From Pseudomonadota bacterium (lineage in GTDB: Bacteria; Pseudomonadota; Alphaproteobacteria; SP197): DNA of 64,000 nt. The notes beneath the pieces were generated by a model. The model worked only from the letters and a program-made list of their open reading frames with translations, was not told where the DNA came from and did no database searches. Made by a program: the position numbers and the translations under genes. This document shows positions 22,086 to 32,548 of this stretch, piece by piece. Each line of letters begins with the position of its first letter. Positions within the stretch are counted from its first letter, which is position 1. The stretch spans positions 73,004-137,003 of the forward strand of contig JBCCIS010000008.1 in the NCBI GenBank assembly GCA_039028155.1, given 5' to 3'.

Positions 22086-23957
22086 ATGAACCGCGACCTC
22101 GACAGACGCAAGCAGTTCACCCGGCGCGCCGTCATTCTGGCCGGTGGCCAGGCGCTGCTGCTGTCCGGGCTGGTCGCGCGCCTCTACCAGCTTCAGGTCA
22201 TCGATGCCGAAGCCTATGAGGTCTTGGCCGAAGAGAACCGCATCAACATGCGTCTCCTGCCGCCGCCACGCGGCCTGATCCTCGATCGTTTTGGCAACGG
22301 CGTTGCGGTCAACCGGCAGAACTACCGCCTCGTCCTGGTGTCCGAACAGACCGAAAGCGTTGCCGACACCCTGGATCGGCTGAGCGCTATCGTCGAACTG
22401 ACCGACCGCGATATCAGCCGGGTCAACCGCGAGACGTCGCGCAAGCGCGACTTTGTACCGGTGACCGTGCGCGAGGACCTCACCTGGTCGGAAGTCGCCC
22501 GCGTTGAGGTCAACGCGCCGGAACTGCCCGGTGTGATGATCGAAGTCGGCGAAAGCCGGCTTTATCCCTATGGTGATCTCGCCGCCCATGTCACCGGCTA
22601 TGTCGGCGCGGTGTCGGAAGCCGAGTTGACCGGCGATCCGCTGCTTGAGTTGCCCGGCTTTCGCACCGGCAAGAACGGCGCCGAACGCATCTTCGAGCCT
22701 GTTCTGCGCGGCAGTGCCGGCACCCAGCATGTCGAGGTCAACGCTTATGGCCGGATCATCCGCGAGATCGCGCGCCAGGAAGGGCTGCCCGGCAACGACC
22801 TGACGCTCACCATCGATATCGGCCTGCAGGCGTTTGCCGCGCGCCGACTGCAGGACGAGGCGGGCGCCGTCATCGTCATGGATGTCACCAATGGCGACGT
22901 CCTGGCACTTGTCTCCTCGCCCAGTTTCGATCCCAACGTCTTCACCTATGGGCTCAGCGGTGATCTCTGGCAGACCTTGTTGAACGATCCGAAGACGCCG
23001 CTGATCAACAAGGCGGTCGCCGGCCAGTATCCGCCCGGGTCGACCTATAAGATGATGGTCGCTCTCGCCGGTTTGCAGGAAGGCCTGATCGATCCCAATC
23101 AAACGGTCTGGTGCCCGGGCCACTACACGCTCGGCAACCACCGATTCCATTGTTGGAAGCGCGGCGGCCACGGCCACATGAACATGGTCGATGCGATCAA
23201 GCGCTCGTGCGACGTCTATTTCTACGAAACCGCCCGCAAGCTCGGCGCCGAGCGAATGGCGGAGATGTCAAACCGCTTCGGCTTGGGTGAGGTGAGCGGC
23301 ATCGAACTGCCCGGCGAACGGGAGGGCTTGATCCCGACGCCTGCGTGGAAACTCGCGGTGATGGGTGAATCGTGGCAAGGCGGCGAGACGTTGATCGCCG
23401 GCATTGGCCAGGGATACGTGCTGACGACCCCGCTGCAGCTTGCCGTCATGGCGGCGCGCCTGGGCAATGGCCAACATAAGGTTGTGCCGCGGCTGGCGCG
23501 GCCGGCCGGCGGGCCGAGCATTCCTGAGTTCGAACCGCTGGGTGTCGACCCGTTTGCCATGGATCTGGTGCGCGAAGGTATGAATCGCGTGGTCAACGAC
23601 CCGCAGGGCGGCACCGCCTATCGTGCGCGGATCGAGGATGAAGGCATGACCATGGCCGGTAAGACGGGCACCGCCCAGGTACGCCGCATCACGGCCGCCG
23701 ACCGCGCAGCCAACCTATCGATCGAGGAGATCCCGTGGATCGAGCGCGATCATGCGCTCTTTGTTGCCTACGCACCGGTTGAGAATCCGCGCTACGCGAT
23801 CGCCGTCGTTGTTGAGCACGGCGGCGGCGGTTCCCGAGCCGCGGCGCCGGTGGCCCGCGACATTCTGCGTGAGGCCCAGCGTCGCCAATCGGCCCGCTTC
23901 CAAGAGACCCCGGACGCCGACCCGGTCGAGACGCCGGTCGTCAGCCCGGAGCTCTGA
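22086..23957 (+). CDS. mrdA: Penicillin-binding protein 2 (peptidoglycan D,D-transpeptidase MrdA)
   Basis: Dimerization and transpeptidase domains (STYK, GKTGTA motifs); ATG 22086 immediately after the mreD stop. Confidence 0.9.
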   Translation: MNRDLDRRKQFTRRAVILAGGQALLLSGLVARLYQLQVIDAEAYEVLAEENRINMRLLPPPRGLILDRFGNGVAVNRQNYRLVLVSEQTESVADTLDRLSAIVELTDRDISRVNRETSRKRDFVPVTVREDLTWSEVARVEVNAPELPGVMIEVGESRLYPYGDLAAHVTGYVGAVSEAELTGDPLLELPGFRTGKNGAERIFEPVLRGSAGTQHVEVNAYGRIIREIARQEGLPGNDLTLTIDIGLQAFAARRLQDEAGAVIVMDVTNGDVLALVSSPSFDPNVFTYGLSGDLWQTLLNDPKTPLINKAVAGQYPPGSTYKMMVALAGLQEGLIDPNQTVWCPGHYTLGNHRFHCWKRGGHGHMNMVDAIKRSCDVYFYETARKLGAERMAEMSNRFGLGEVSGIELPGEREGLIPTPAWKLAVMGESWQGGETLIAGIGQGYVLTTPLQLAVMAARLGNGQHKVVPRLARPAGGPSIPEFEPLGVDPFAMDLVREGMNRVVNDPQGGTAYRARIEDEGMTMAGKTGTAQVRRITAADRAANLSIEEIPWIERDHALFVAYAPVENPRYAIAVVVEHGGGGSRAAAPVARDILREAQRRQSARFQETPDADPVETPVVSPEL

Positions 23958-23962
23958 CCGCC

Positions 23963-25117
23963 ATGGCCAACACCGCCCACTTTATCGGCCGGCCCGCGCT
24001 CACCCTGCGCCACAAACTCGGCCAGATGTCATGGGGGCTGGTGGCGCTTCTAATGATGGTCGCGTTCGTCGGCTTCGCCATGCTCTATTCCGCGGCCAAC
24101 GGCAGTCTGGAGCCGTGGGCGTCACGTCAGATGGTGCGTTTCGGTGTCGGCATGGTGCTGATGTTCATCGTCGCCATGATCGACATCAGGCAACTGCACC
24201 GCTTCGCCTATGCCTTCTTCGTTTTCGCGTTACTGCTGCTGGTCGCCGTCGAGGTCATGGGGCGTGTCGGCATGGGCGCGCAACGCTGGATCGACCTCGG
24301 TGTCTTCCAGCTGCAGCCCTCGGAGCTGATGAAGCTGGCGCTGGTTCTGGCACTCGCCCGCTACTTCCACGGCTTGGGGCCGGAAGGCATCGCCAAGATG
24401 AAGGCGTTGATAGGACCCATCATTCTGATCGGCGTGCCGACAGCGCTTGTCCTCAAACAGCCGGATCTGGGCACCGCCATGCTGTTGGCGGCGGGCGGCG
24501 TTGCCCTGTGCTTCGCCGCCGGCATTCAGTGGCGCTATTTCATCGGCGCCGCCGTCGCCTGCGGCGCCGCGCTGCCGGTCGCCTGGCAGATGCTGCACGA
24601 TTATCAGCGCCAGCGCATTTTGACCTATCTCGATCCCAGTACCGACCCGTTGGGCGCCGGCTATCACATCCTGCAGTCGAAGATCGCGCTGGGGTCCGGC
24701 GGCATGTTCGGCAAGGGGTTCATGGCGGGCACCCAGAGCCATCTGGAGTTTCTGCCAGAGATGCAGACCGACTTCATTTTCACCATGTTGGCCGAAGAAC
24801 TCGGCATGGCGGGCGCGCTGCTGTTGCTGCTGCTCTACGTGCTGATCATTGCCTATGGCATCGGGGTCAGCCTGCGCGCGACCAGCCAGTTTGGCCGTTT
24901 GGTCGCACTAGGCGTCACCGTCACCTTCTTCCTCTACGTTTTCATCAATATCGCCATGGTGACCGGCCTGGTGCCGGTGGTCGGCGTACCGCTGCCGCTG
25001 ATCTCCTATGGCGGCACGGCGATGATGACGCTGATGGTCGGCTTCGGCATGTTGGCCAGCGTCCACGTGCACCGCGACACACCCGTGCCGCGCCGGCCCG
25101 GCGGTTCGCTTTACTGA
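23963..25117 (+). CDS. rodA: Peptidoglycan glycosyltransferase RodA (SEDS family)
   Basis: 10-TM FtsW/RodA/SpoVE protein following mrdA. Confidence 0.9.
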   Translation: MANTAHFIGRPALTLRHKLGQMSWGLVALLMMVAFVGFAMLYSAANGSLEPWASRQMVRFGVGMVLMFIVAMIDIRQLHRFAYAFFVFALLLLVAVEVMGRVGMGAQRWIDLGVFQLQPSELMKLALVLALARYFHGLGPEGIAKMKALIGPIILIGVPTALVLKQPDLGTAMLLAAGGVALCFAAGIQWRYFIGAAVACGAALPVAWQMLHDYQRQRILTYLDPSTDPLGAGYHILQSKIALGSGGMFGKGFMAGTQSHLEFLPEMQTDFIFTMLAEELGMAGALLLLLLYVLIIAYGIGVSLRATSQFGRLVALGVTVTFFLYVFINIAMVTGLVPVVGVPLPLISYGGTAMMTLMVGFGMLASVHVHRDTPVPRRPGGSLY

Positions 25118-25424
25118 CACCACGCAAGCGAAAGCCAGGTGCCAGCGGATCTGGCTGGTTCCCCCACACAGCCTCGGCGTAGAGAGTTCAGCGGGTCTAT
25201 GTGGTCGCTTGCGAGGCCGCCTTCGGCCAGCAGCAGTCGACCGGCCGGTTGTCGTCCTGATTCCCTCTGCAGTCCGATGCATTTGTTCGATCTGGCTCAG
25301 AGACTAGGCTGACCATCGACCGCGTCCCATCGCCTACATGTTGATGGGCCTATGTTTCGACCATGTTTGATAGCTTGGAATTCTGTGTTCTTTTTCTAGT
25401 GATGCTTTAGGGGTATCGTTAAGC

Positions 25425-26306
25425 GTGGAACTGAGACATCTACGCTACTTCGTTGCTATCGCTGATCATGGCGGCGTGCGGCATGCCGCGGACCGCTTGA
25501 ACGTCGCCCAACCTGCGATTTCACGGCAGATCAAAGATCTCGAATTGGAGCTTGGCTTCGTTTTACTCCGACGTGAAGGGCGAGGGGTCGTCCTCACAGA
25601 TGCCGGCAAAGTCTTTGCTGAGGAGGCCCGATCTATCCTGGCACAAGCCGCAGCGGCCGTTGAAAAGGCGCGACGCATTGCGGACGGCAAAGGCGGAACA
25701 CTGAAGGTTGGCCTGCTAGAAAGCGCATCCTGGTCGGGACATCTGCCCGAAGCCTTAAATCGCTTCGCCCGCGCTTACCCGGATGTTCAACTCGATGTCG
25801 TGCCACTCGGCTCCGTTGCACAGATCGACGCCGTCCTGGACGGTGGGCTGGATGCGGGTTTTGTGTATCGCCAAGCCAATCTTGTCGAGGGCAAGCTGGA
25901 GGTCCATCCGCTGGCCACCGACAACGTCGTTCTCGCCGCGTCAACCGATATGAACTTTGGTCACGATCGTCCGCTCGATTTCGAAGACATCGATGGGCTG
26001 CCCATGATCCGCTTCCGACGCGAGGCCGCGCCCGCTTATTTTGATCGTCTAAGCGACGCAATGGCGGCCATTGGTCTCGAACCGCAGGTCGTTCAACAGG
26101 CTGATAACGAGACGACCATGTTGAGCCTTGTTTCGGCAGGTGTGGGTTGCGCGCTTGTCAACTCAGCCAACGTGCAGCGACCACCGCGCCGCGTCCAGTT
26201 CCGGAACGTTCGCGGCCTGTCGGTCCCCCTCGAGTTCGTGTTCATCCACCGACCAAACCCGGGCAGCCTGACGCAGTTGTTCATCAATGCGGCGCTTAAC
26301 GTCTGA
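25425..26306 (+). CDS. LysR-family transcriptional regulator
   Basis: N-terminal HTH MELRHLRYFVAIADHGGVRHAADRLNVAQPAISRQIKDLE; GTG start. Confidence 0.85.
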   Translation: MELRHLRYFVAIADHGGVRHAADRLNVAQPAISRQIKDLELELGFVLLRREGRGVVLTDAGKVFAEEARSILAQAAAAVEKARRIADGKGGTLKVGLLESASWSGHLPEALNRFARAYPDVQLDVVPLGSVAQIDAVLDGGLDAGFVYRQANLVEGKLEVHPLATDNVVLAASTDMNFGHDRPLDFEDIDGLPMIRFRREAAPAYFDRLSDAMAAIGLEPQVVQQADNETTMLSLVSAGVGCALVNSANVQRPPRRVQFRNVRGLSVPLEFVFIHRPNPGSLTQLFINAALNV

Positions 26307-26403
26307 TATTCAGAAGGCATCAGAATAATACCATCGCAGTATTGGTTGTTATCGATCTCAAGCACTATCTCCTCCGTGTCGGGACACAGCACGACGGAGG
26401 TCG

Positions 26404-26973
26404 TTGATGAAGACTCTGATGTTCGCGGTTGCCGTTGCCCTGTCGATGCCTCTCAGCGGCTACGCCCAGACTGCATCACCAGATCTTCAAGGCAGCCCGG
26501 TCACCGTCGAAGCGCTTGTCGATCAGATGGAGATGATCCGAGTTGTCGATACGCTCGATGCCGCCGTTGATGCCAAGGACTGGGCGCTTGCTCGCAGTCT
26601 GTTCACCGATGAAATCGATGTTGATTTCACGTCGCTCGTGGGTGGTGAACCGGCGAGCATTCCTTCTGATGGATTGATTGCCGGCTGGTCGGCGAACCTG
26701 ACCGCTGAGAAGGAGAGCTTTCACTTACGCGGCAATCACCGCGTCACGTTCATTGATGCCGACACGGCCGTGATGCTCAGCAACGGCTATGCGTGGAACC
26801 GGATGGAACGCGGTGCGTTGCCCGAAAACGGCGGCAATCCGTTGTGGGAAGTCTGGGGTACCTATGAGCACAGCCTTGTACGTGTCGGCGGCGAATGGAA
26901 GATCAGCGGCATGACGTTCACGGCGACTGCTGAACGCGGCAGCGAATACGTCCGCGACACACCGGGCAGATGA
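26404..26973 (+). CDS. Secreted NTF2-like / SnoaL-like domain protein
   Basis: Signal peptide plus about 160 aa with an NTF2-like fold signature (DWALARSLFTDEIDVDF...). Confidence 0.45.
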   Translation: MMKTLMFAVAVALSMPLSGYAQTASPDLQGSPVTVEALVDQMEMIRVVDTLDAAVDAKDWALARSLFTDEIDVDFTSLVGGEPASIPSDGLIAGWSANLTAEKESFHLRGNHRVTFIDADTAVMLSNGYAWNRMERGALPENGGNPLWEVWGTYEHSLVRVGGEWKISGMTFTATAERGSEYVRDTPGR

Positions 26974-27076
26974 CCGCAAACCAACAACGCGAAGACGACA
27001 CCTCGAACCCGATCACGTTGATCGTGTTGCGCGGCATCAGCACGACACGCCCTGCCTTTTTGAAAGGAGCCACACC

Positions 27077-27973
27077 ATGAAATCTGGAACCACAGCCACC
27101 CGCCGCTCGCTCCTCGCTCGTGGTGCATTTGGTCTGGCGGCCGCGGCCGCGACGACCGCCGCCACCACGGCGAACGCCAACTCGCTTAATCCGGTGTCCG
27201 CGAACGATCAGGTCGACCCGGATGGTCGCTTCTCCGGGAAAGTGGTGGCAATCACCGGCGGCAACTCCGGCATCGGTGCGGCGACGGCCCACGCTTTTGC
27301 GATGGAGGGCGCGAAGGTCGTTATCACGGCAAGACGCGATGCCCTGGGCAAAGAAGTCGAGGCCGCGATCCGGTCCAAAGGAGGCGAGGCAACGTGGATG
27401 GTGACGGATGTGCGTGACCCCGCGCAGGTTGAGGCGTTCATCGCCGCAACCGTCACGACCTACGGGCGGCTCGACGTGTTGTTCAACAATGCCGGCATCT
27501 TCATGACGCCGGCGTTGATCGAAGACATCTCGGTCGAGAACTTCAGCGACGTGATGCTGACCAATGCCAATGGCGTGTTCTACGGGATGAAGTACGCCAT
27601 TCCGGTGATGAAGGCACAAGGCAACGGCGTCATCGTCAACATGGCATCTGTCGCCGCGCATCGAGGTTTCCCCAATACGGCGCACTACAACGCGTCAAAA
27701 CATGCGGTGGCGGGCTTGACCAAGGCGGGCGCGAATCTGGCCAAGGACAACATTCGCGTGGTGGCGATCTCTCCACTTGCGGTGGATACACCGATGCTGC
27801 GCCAGAGCTTCGCCCACCAAGGTCTCACCTACGAAGCGGCCGCACCGAGTTTTGTAACGCCCCGGATCATGGATCCGCAAGAGATGGCGCAAGGCGTCAT
27901 GTTCCTTGCATCCGACGCGGCCACGGCGTTCAACGGCATGGATTTCGACGCCACCGGCGGTCAGCTTGCCTGA
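27077..27973 (+). CDS. SDR-family oxidoreductase with twin-arginine (Tat) signal peptide
   Basis: TRRSLLARGAFGLAAAA Tat motif; TGGNSGIGAATA Rossmann fold; YNASK catalytic motif. Confidence 0.8.
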   Translation: MKSGTTATRRSLLARGAFGLAAAAATTAATTANANSLNPVSANDQVDPDGRFSGKVVAITGGNSGIGAATAHAFAMEGAKVVITARRDALGKEVEAAIRSKGGEATWMVTDVRDPAQVEAFIAATVTTYGRLDVLFNNAGIFMTPALIEDISVENFSDVMLTNANGVFYGMKYAIPVMKAQGNGVIVNMASVAAHRGFPNTAHYNASKHAVAGLTKAGANLAKDNIRVVAISPLAVDTPMLRQSFAHQGLTYEAAAPSFVTPRIMDPQEMAQGVMFLASDAATAFNGMDFDATGGQLA

Positions 27974-28144
27974 CGTCCAAGGGTTGGTTGCGGGGCGATT
28001 TGAAACTGCGGACTGAGGCAGTGAACAAAGCCTAACGACCAGACGGGCGCCTGCTCGTAAGCGGACGGCCCGACCTATTGACCGTGCAAACGAAAAGGGC
28101 CCCTGCAATCTTCGGCAAGGGCCCTCGTGACGTGTGTGGCCGAT

Positions 28145-28903
28145 CTAGAATCCGCTGGTCTCGAATAGCTCGTCGAGTTCGCCGGAGTCCTTCAGTTGGG
28201 CCAACAGTGTATTGATCTCTTCAACCGGCGGCGCCGAATCAGGGCGCAGCACGAAGCTGTGGCGGTACTCCTGGTCGATCTTGTCGGCGACCAGGAACTT
28301 GCCCGTGAACTCCGGATGGTTGCCCAGGAACTTCCTCAAGTACGCCTCTGACACGATCGCGATATCGGCCCGGCCGTCCTGCACGTAATAGAGGCTGGTG
28401 CAGGGGTTCAGCGGCTGCTCGACCGTATAGGTCGTCTGCAGATAAGCGGGATCGGCGTTGAAATCGGCGAAGCCATAGTGGAAGCCATAGACGGCGGCGA
28501 TCTTGTGCTCGGTCACGTCGTCAAAGAAGCTTTGATCGCGATTGACATCGGCGCGGGTCACATAGATCTCCTGACCGGTCATGAAAACGTCCGACAGGAC
28601 AACGTCCTCATCGCCCCAGCCCCATTCCGGACTTTCGAAGGCGATCATGTCGAACTTCCCGGCGGCGAGGTCCGCATAGCGGTCGCGCGCGGACGTATCG
28701 ACCAGTTCAAAGACGTAATCGTCCTGCGCCTCGTTCATCAAATCGACCAGGTCGGCCACCATGCCGCCGATGCCGGTGGCTGTCTGTGTCGCGAACGGTG
28801 GGAAGTAATAGGCGCCGATCTTGACGGTTTCGGCGGCTTTGGCGGCGCTGATCGAGAGCGAGAGCGCCAGGCCAACACTAGCGAGTGCCCAAAAACGACG
28901 CAT
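28145..28903 (-). CDS. Periplasmic solute-binding protein, family 3 (orphan, no adjacent permease or ATPase)
   Basis: Signal peptide plus a type-3 SBP-like (PBPb) domain. Confidence 0.55.
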   Translation of the reverse strand: MRRFWALASVGLALSLSISAAKAAETVKIGAYYFPPFATQTATGIGGMVADLVDLMNEAQDDYVFELVDTSARDRYADLAAGKFDMIAFESPEWGWGDEDVVLSDVFMTGQEIYVTRADVNRDQSFFDDVTEHKIAAVYGFHYGFADFNADPAYLQTTYTVEQPLNPCTSLYYVQDGRADIAIVSEAYLRKFLGNHPEFTGKFLVADKIDQEYRHSFVLRPDSAPPVEEINTLLAQLKDSGELDELFETSGF

Positions 28904-29077
28904 GGCGAGCCTCCTTATGCGTTGCTGTCACCAAGGTCCCTCCAGGCCGACCCCGGGGCCGGCCGCTGACCCAGTTTAGGCCCGTTCCGGCGCCGTTTAA
29001 AGCGCGCGCCCGAAACCCGCCTAATCCGCGGCTTTCGGGTGCCTCGACAAGCCCCGGCGCGTTTGATAGATAGGCGC

Positions 29078-29153
<76 letters not shown>

Positions 29154-29167
29154 ATCTTTTCAATGAC

Positions 29168-29347
29168 TTAGCCGGCGTCCTCGCGGGTAAACAGGTTGGT
29201 GACTCCGACGCGTCGCACCTTGCGTTCGGCCTTGCGCTCGAGCTCCTCGTCAAGGCGCTGCTTCGGTATCGGCAACTCGCCGATTGGCAGCGTGACGACG
29301 CGCTTGCCTTTGCTCTGGGTAATCTCAATCCTGCCGTCGCCCACCAT
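29168..29347 (-). CDS. Small hypothetical protein (59 aa), tRNA-adjacent
   Basis: Hand translation MVGDGRIEITQSKGKRVVTLPIGELPIPKQRLDEELERKAERKVRRVGVTNLFTREDAG*. Below the ORF-track size cutoff; weak RBS; no recognized family. Confidence 0.3.
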   Translation of the reverse strand: MVGDGRIEITQSKGKRVVTLPIGELPIPKQRLDEELERKAERKVRRVGVTNLFTREDAG

Positions 29348-29482
29348 TTTTCTTCGTTGAAGTTTGGGATCTTTGTAGATTTGCGTTGGCGGTCAATCGG
29401 GTTCGACGATGCGGTGTGGCATGCAGTCTCGTATTCGCAACCAGATCGACTGGGATCAGGCGTATGGGGTAGGCAAACGAAC

Positions 29483-31174
29483 ATGAGCGCGCGGGTACTA
29501 ACGGATGTGAAGGCCATGCGCGGCGACACGTTGCGCTGCAAAGGATGGAAGCAGGAAACCCTGCTTCGCATGCTCGAGAATAACTTGGAGAACGCCGAAG
29601 ACGCGTCACGCCTCGTCGTCTATGGCGGGATCGGCAAGGCAGCGCGCAATTGGGAAAGTTACCACGCGATCGTTGAGTCTTTGATCGATCTTGAAACCGA
29701 CGAGACTTTGGCGATTCAGGCCGGGATGCCGGTCGCCGTCTTCAAAACCCATCGCCTGGCGCCGCGCGTTGTCATGGGTTTGACCAATGTCATTCGCGCG
29801 GATTGGCCCATGTTCTACGATTTGATCGAGAAGAACCTCACGACCTTTTCTGCCTATACGGCCGGACCATGGGAGTACATCGGCAGCCAAGGCGTCGTCG
29901 AAGGCACCTTTGAGACGCTGGCGTGCATCGCCGACCAGCACTTCGCCGGCAACCTCAAAGGCCGCGTCTTCTTCACCGCTGGCCTTGGCGGCATGGGACG
30001 TTCACAGCCTCTGGCCATGAACATGCACGGTGGTATCAGCGTGACCGTAGAGGTCCGCAAGGACATCATAGACCGTCGCTTGAAAGACGGTTATGCCGAC
30101 GTCGAGGCAAAGGATCTAAGTGACGCGATCGCCATCGCCGAGCGCGCCAAGTCGGACGGCACGCCGCTGGGCATCGTTCTTCACGGCAACATGACCGACG
30201 TCTGCGAACAGGCGTTGGAACGCGGCTGGCATCCTGATGTCGTAACCGAGATGTGCCCGTGCCACGATCCCTTCGCCTTCGTGCCCTCGGGTGTCGATCC
30301 CACAAACGCAGAGGGCCTGCGTCGGCAGAATCCAGACGACTATCTCGAACGTTCTAGAGAGACGATGAAACGCCTGGTTCGTGCCATGAACCGCTTCACC
30401 GATGCGGGTTCCGTGGTCTTTGAATACGGCACGTTCGTGCGCAAGGAATGCGTCGATGCCGGCATGTCACGAGACGAAGCCTCTCGATACCCGGGTTTCG
30501 TGGCACGCTATTGGAGACCGACGATGTTTGAGCAGGGGCGTGGCCCGTTTCGTTGGACTTGCGTATCAGGCGAGCCGGATGACCAAAGCCGGCTCGATGA
30601 CTTGGTGCTGGAGCTCTTTCCAGACTGTCCGGTCGTGCAGCGTTGGATACCCAAAGCACGCCAGACCTTGCCCTTAGAAGGACTGCCAGCGCGGGTATGC
30701 TTTCTCGGTTTCGGTCAGCGCAAGGCGTTCGGCTTGGCCGTGAATGAGCTGATCAAGAAAGGCGAAGTCGCCGGTCCGATTGCCTTCTCTCGTGACAACC
30801 TGGACTGTGGTTCGATCGCGAACCCATCGCTGGAGACAGAGGACATGAAAGATGGCTCCGACAACATCTCTGACTGGCCCTATCTCAACGCACTTTTGAA
30901 CGTCGCCGGCATGGCCGACCTCGTCTCGATCCAGGCCAACGGGACGATGGGTGTCTCGGCGCATACTGGCGTCACCATGATCGCCGACGGCACCGAGGAA
31001 GCGGACCTCAGGCTTGATGCTTGCCTGACAACGGATGCTGGAATTGGCATCGTGCGTTATGCGCAGGGAGGGTACGAGACGGCAAGACAGGTGGCAGGGG
31101 GTACTGGTCCGCTCACCACCGATACCATAAAGGTGCCGCTATGGTGGTCGCCCCATGCGACATTTGGTCCCTAG
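29483..31174 (+). CDS. Urocanate hydratase (urocanase) family protein, stand-alone
   Basis: N-terminal R..RG..L.CKGW..E...RML.NNL and GLGGMGRSQPLA (NAD-binding) are characteristic of urocanase; ATG 29483 chosen because the longer ORF from 29039 runs through the tRNA gene. Confidence 0.75.
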   Translation: MSARVLTDVKAMRGDTLRCKGWKQETLLRMLENNLENAEDASRLVVYGGIGKAARNWESYHAIVESLIDLETDETLAIQAGMPVAVFKTHRLAPRVVMGLTNVIRADWPMFYDLIEKNLTTFSAYTAGPWEYIGSQGVVEGTFETLACIADQHFAGNLKGRVFFTAGLGGMGRSQPLAMNMHGGISVTVEVRKDIIDRRLKDGYADVEAKDLSDAIAIAERAKSDGTPLGIVLHGNMTDVCEQALERGWHPDVVTEMCPCHDPFAFVPSGVDPTNAEGLRRQNPDDYLERSRETMKRLVRAMNRFTDAGSVVFEYGTFVRKECVDAGMSRDEASRYPGFVARYWRPTMFEQGRGPFRWTCVSGEPDDQSRLDDLVLELFPDCPVVQRWIPKARQTLPLEGLPARVCFLGFGQRKAFGLAVNELIKKGEVAGPIAFSRDNLDCGSIANPSLETEDMKDGSDNISDWPYLNALLNVAGMADLVSIQANGTMGVSAHTGVTMIADGTEEADLRLDACLTTDAGIGIVRYAQGGYETARQVAGGTGPLTTDTIKVPLWWSPHATFGP

Positions 31175-31338
31175 TGGCACCGTGGCGAGGTGAATCTGGC
31201 CCTTAGGCGCTAGAAAGGCTGCGAAAAACAAGTCAAGAAACTCAGAGATCGGCATAAGTCGCAAAGAGTTCCCTGTGTTTTGCCTGTTAACGCTGAAATC
31301 CACGCAGAGACGAGGTCGCAGTGGACTGCAATCGTCCA

Positions 31339-32499
31339 TCACGCCGAGAACGATGAGCCTATCCGCAGCTTGTCGCGGCTGAGCTCGGTCACGCTGCGCA
31401 CCCCCATCAGGCGCATGTCTCGTTCGATTTCGGTCTGCAGCAGGCTGAGTGCGCGTTCGACGCCTGCCTGACCGGCGGCGGCGAGGGGGAAGAGGTAGGC
31501 GCGGCCGATGCCGACCGCCTTGGCGCCCATGGCGAGCGCTTTCAAAACATGCGTGCCGCGCTGGACGCCGCTATCCATCAGGACATCGATCGTGTCACCG
31601 ACCGCATCGACGATCTCGCCCAGCTGGTCAAACGGCGTGCGCGAGCCGTCGAGTTGGCGGCCGCCATGGTTCGACAGAATGATACCCGTGCAGCCGATGT
31701 CGACGGCGCGGCGCGCATCCTCGACCGACATCAGTCCCTTCAGGCAGAACTGACCATCCCATTGCTGCACCATCTGGGCGATGTCGTCCCAGTTCATCGA
31801 CGGGTCGAGCATATCGGTGAAGTACTGTCCGATCGAAATCGCGCTTCCGCTCATGTCGATGTGTTCTTCGAGTTGCGGCAGCCGAAAGCGTTCGTGGGTC
31901 GCATAATTCAAGCCCCACGCCGGCTTCAGAACGAACTGCAGCATGGCGCCGGGCGTCAGCTTCATCGGGATAGCGAAACCCGTGCGCAGATCGCGCTCGC
32001 GGTTGCCGCCGGTGATTGAGTCGACGGTCAGCATCATGACGTCGATGCCCGATGCCTTCGCGCGTTCCAGCATGGCGCTGTTCAGGCCACGGTCTTTGTG
32101 GAAATAGAACTGATAGGCCTGCGGTGTGGCGTAAGCCTTGCGCAGCTCTTCAAGGCCGACCGTGCCGAGCGAGGAGCATCCGAACATGGTGCCGAACTTC
32201 GATGCGGCCGCGCCGACGGCGCGTTCGCCGTCGTGATGGAACAGACGTTGCAAAGCGGTCGGCGAGCAGTAGATCGGCAGCGCGAGCTTCTGACCCATGA
32301 CATCGACCGACATGTCGATCTCCTCGACGCCGCGCAGGATATCGGGAACCAGGTCGACGTTGTCAAAGCTCGACGTGTTCTTGCGGTACGTCACCTCGTC
32401 GTCCGCGGCCCCGTCAATATAGTTGAAGATGGGGCTGGGCAGCCGGCGGCGCGCGAGTTCGCGGAAGTCGTGGAAGTTGTGGCAGTCCTTCAGGCGCAT
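31339..32499 (-). CDS. FMN-dependent alpha-hydroxy acid dehydrogenase (L-lactate dehydrogenase / glycolate oxidase family)
   Basis: TIM-barrel FMN-dehydrogenase motifs (SNHGGRQLD, GAKAVGIGR). Confidence 0.85.
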   Translation of the reverse strand: MRLKDCHNFHDFRELARRRLPSPIFNYIDGAADDEVTYRKNTSSFDNVDLVPDILRGVEEIDMSVDVMGQKLALPIYCSPTALQRLFHHDGERAVGAAASKFGTMFGCSSLGTVGLEELRKAYATPQAYQFYFHKDRGLNSAMLERAKASGIDVMMLTVDSITGGNRERDLRTGFAIPMKLTPGAMLQFVLKPAWGLNYATHERFRLPQLEEHIDMSGSAISIGQYFTDMLDPSMNWDDIAQMVQQWDGQFCLKGLMSVEDARRAVDIGCTGIILSNHGGRQLDGSRTPFDQLGEIVDAVGDTIDVLMDSGVQRGTHVLKALAMGAKAVGIGRAYLFPLAAAGQAGVERALSLLQTEIERDMRLMGVRSVTELSRDKLRIGSSFSA

Positions 32500-32548
32500 G
32501 GTGCTATCTCATGGAAATCGGTGCTTGGCCATGCGGCCAAAGGCGGCG

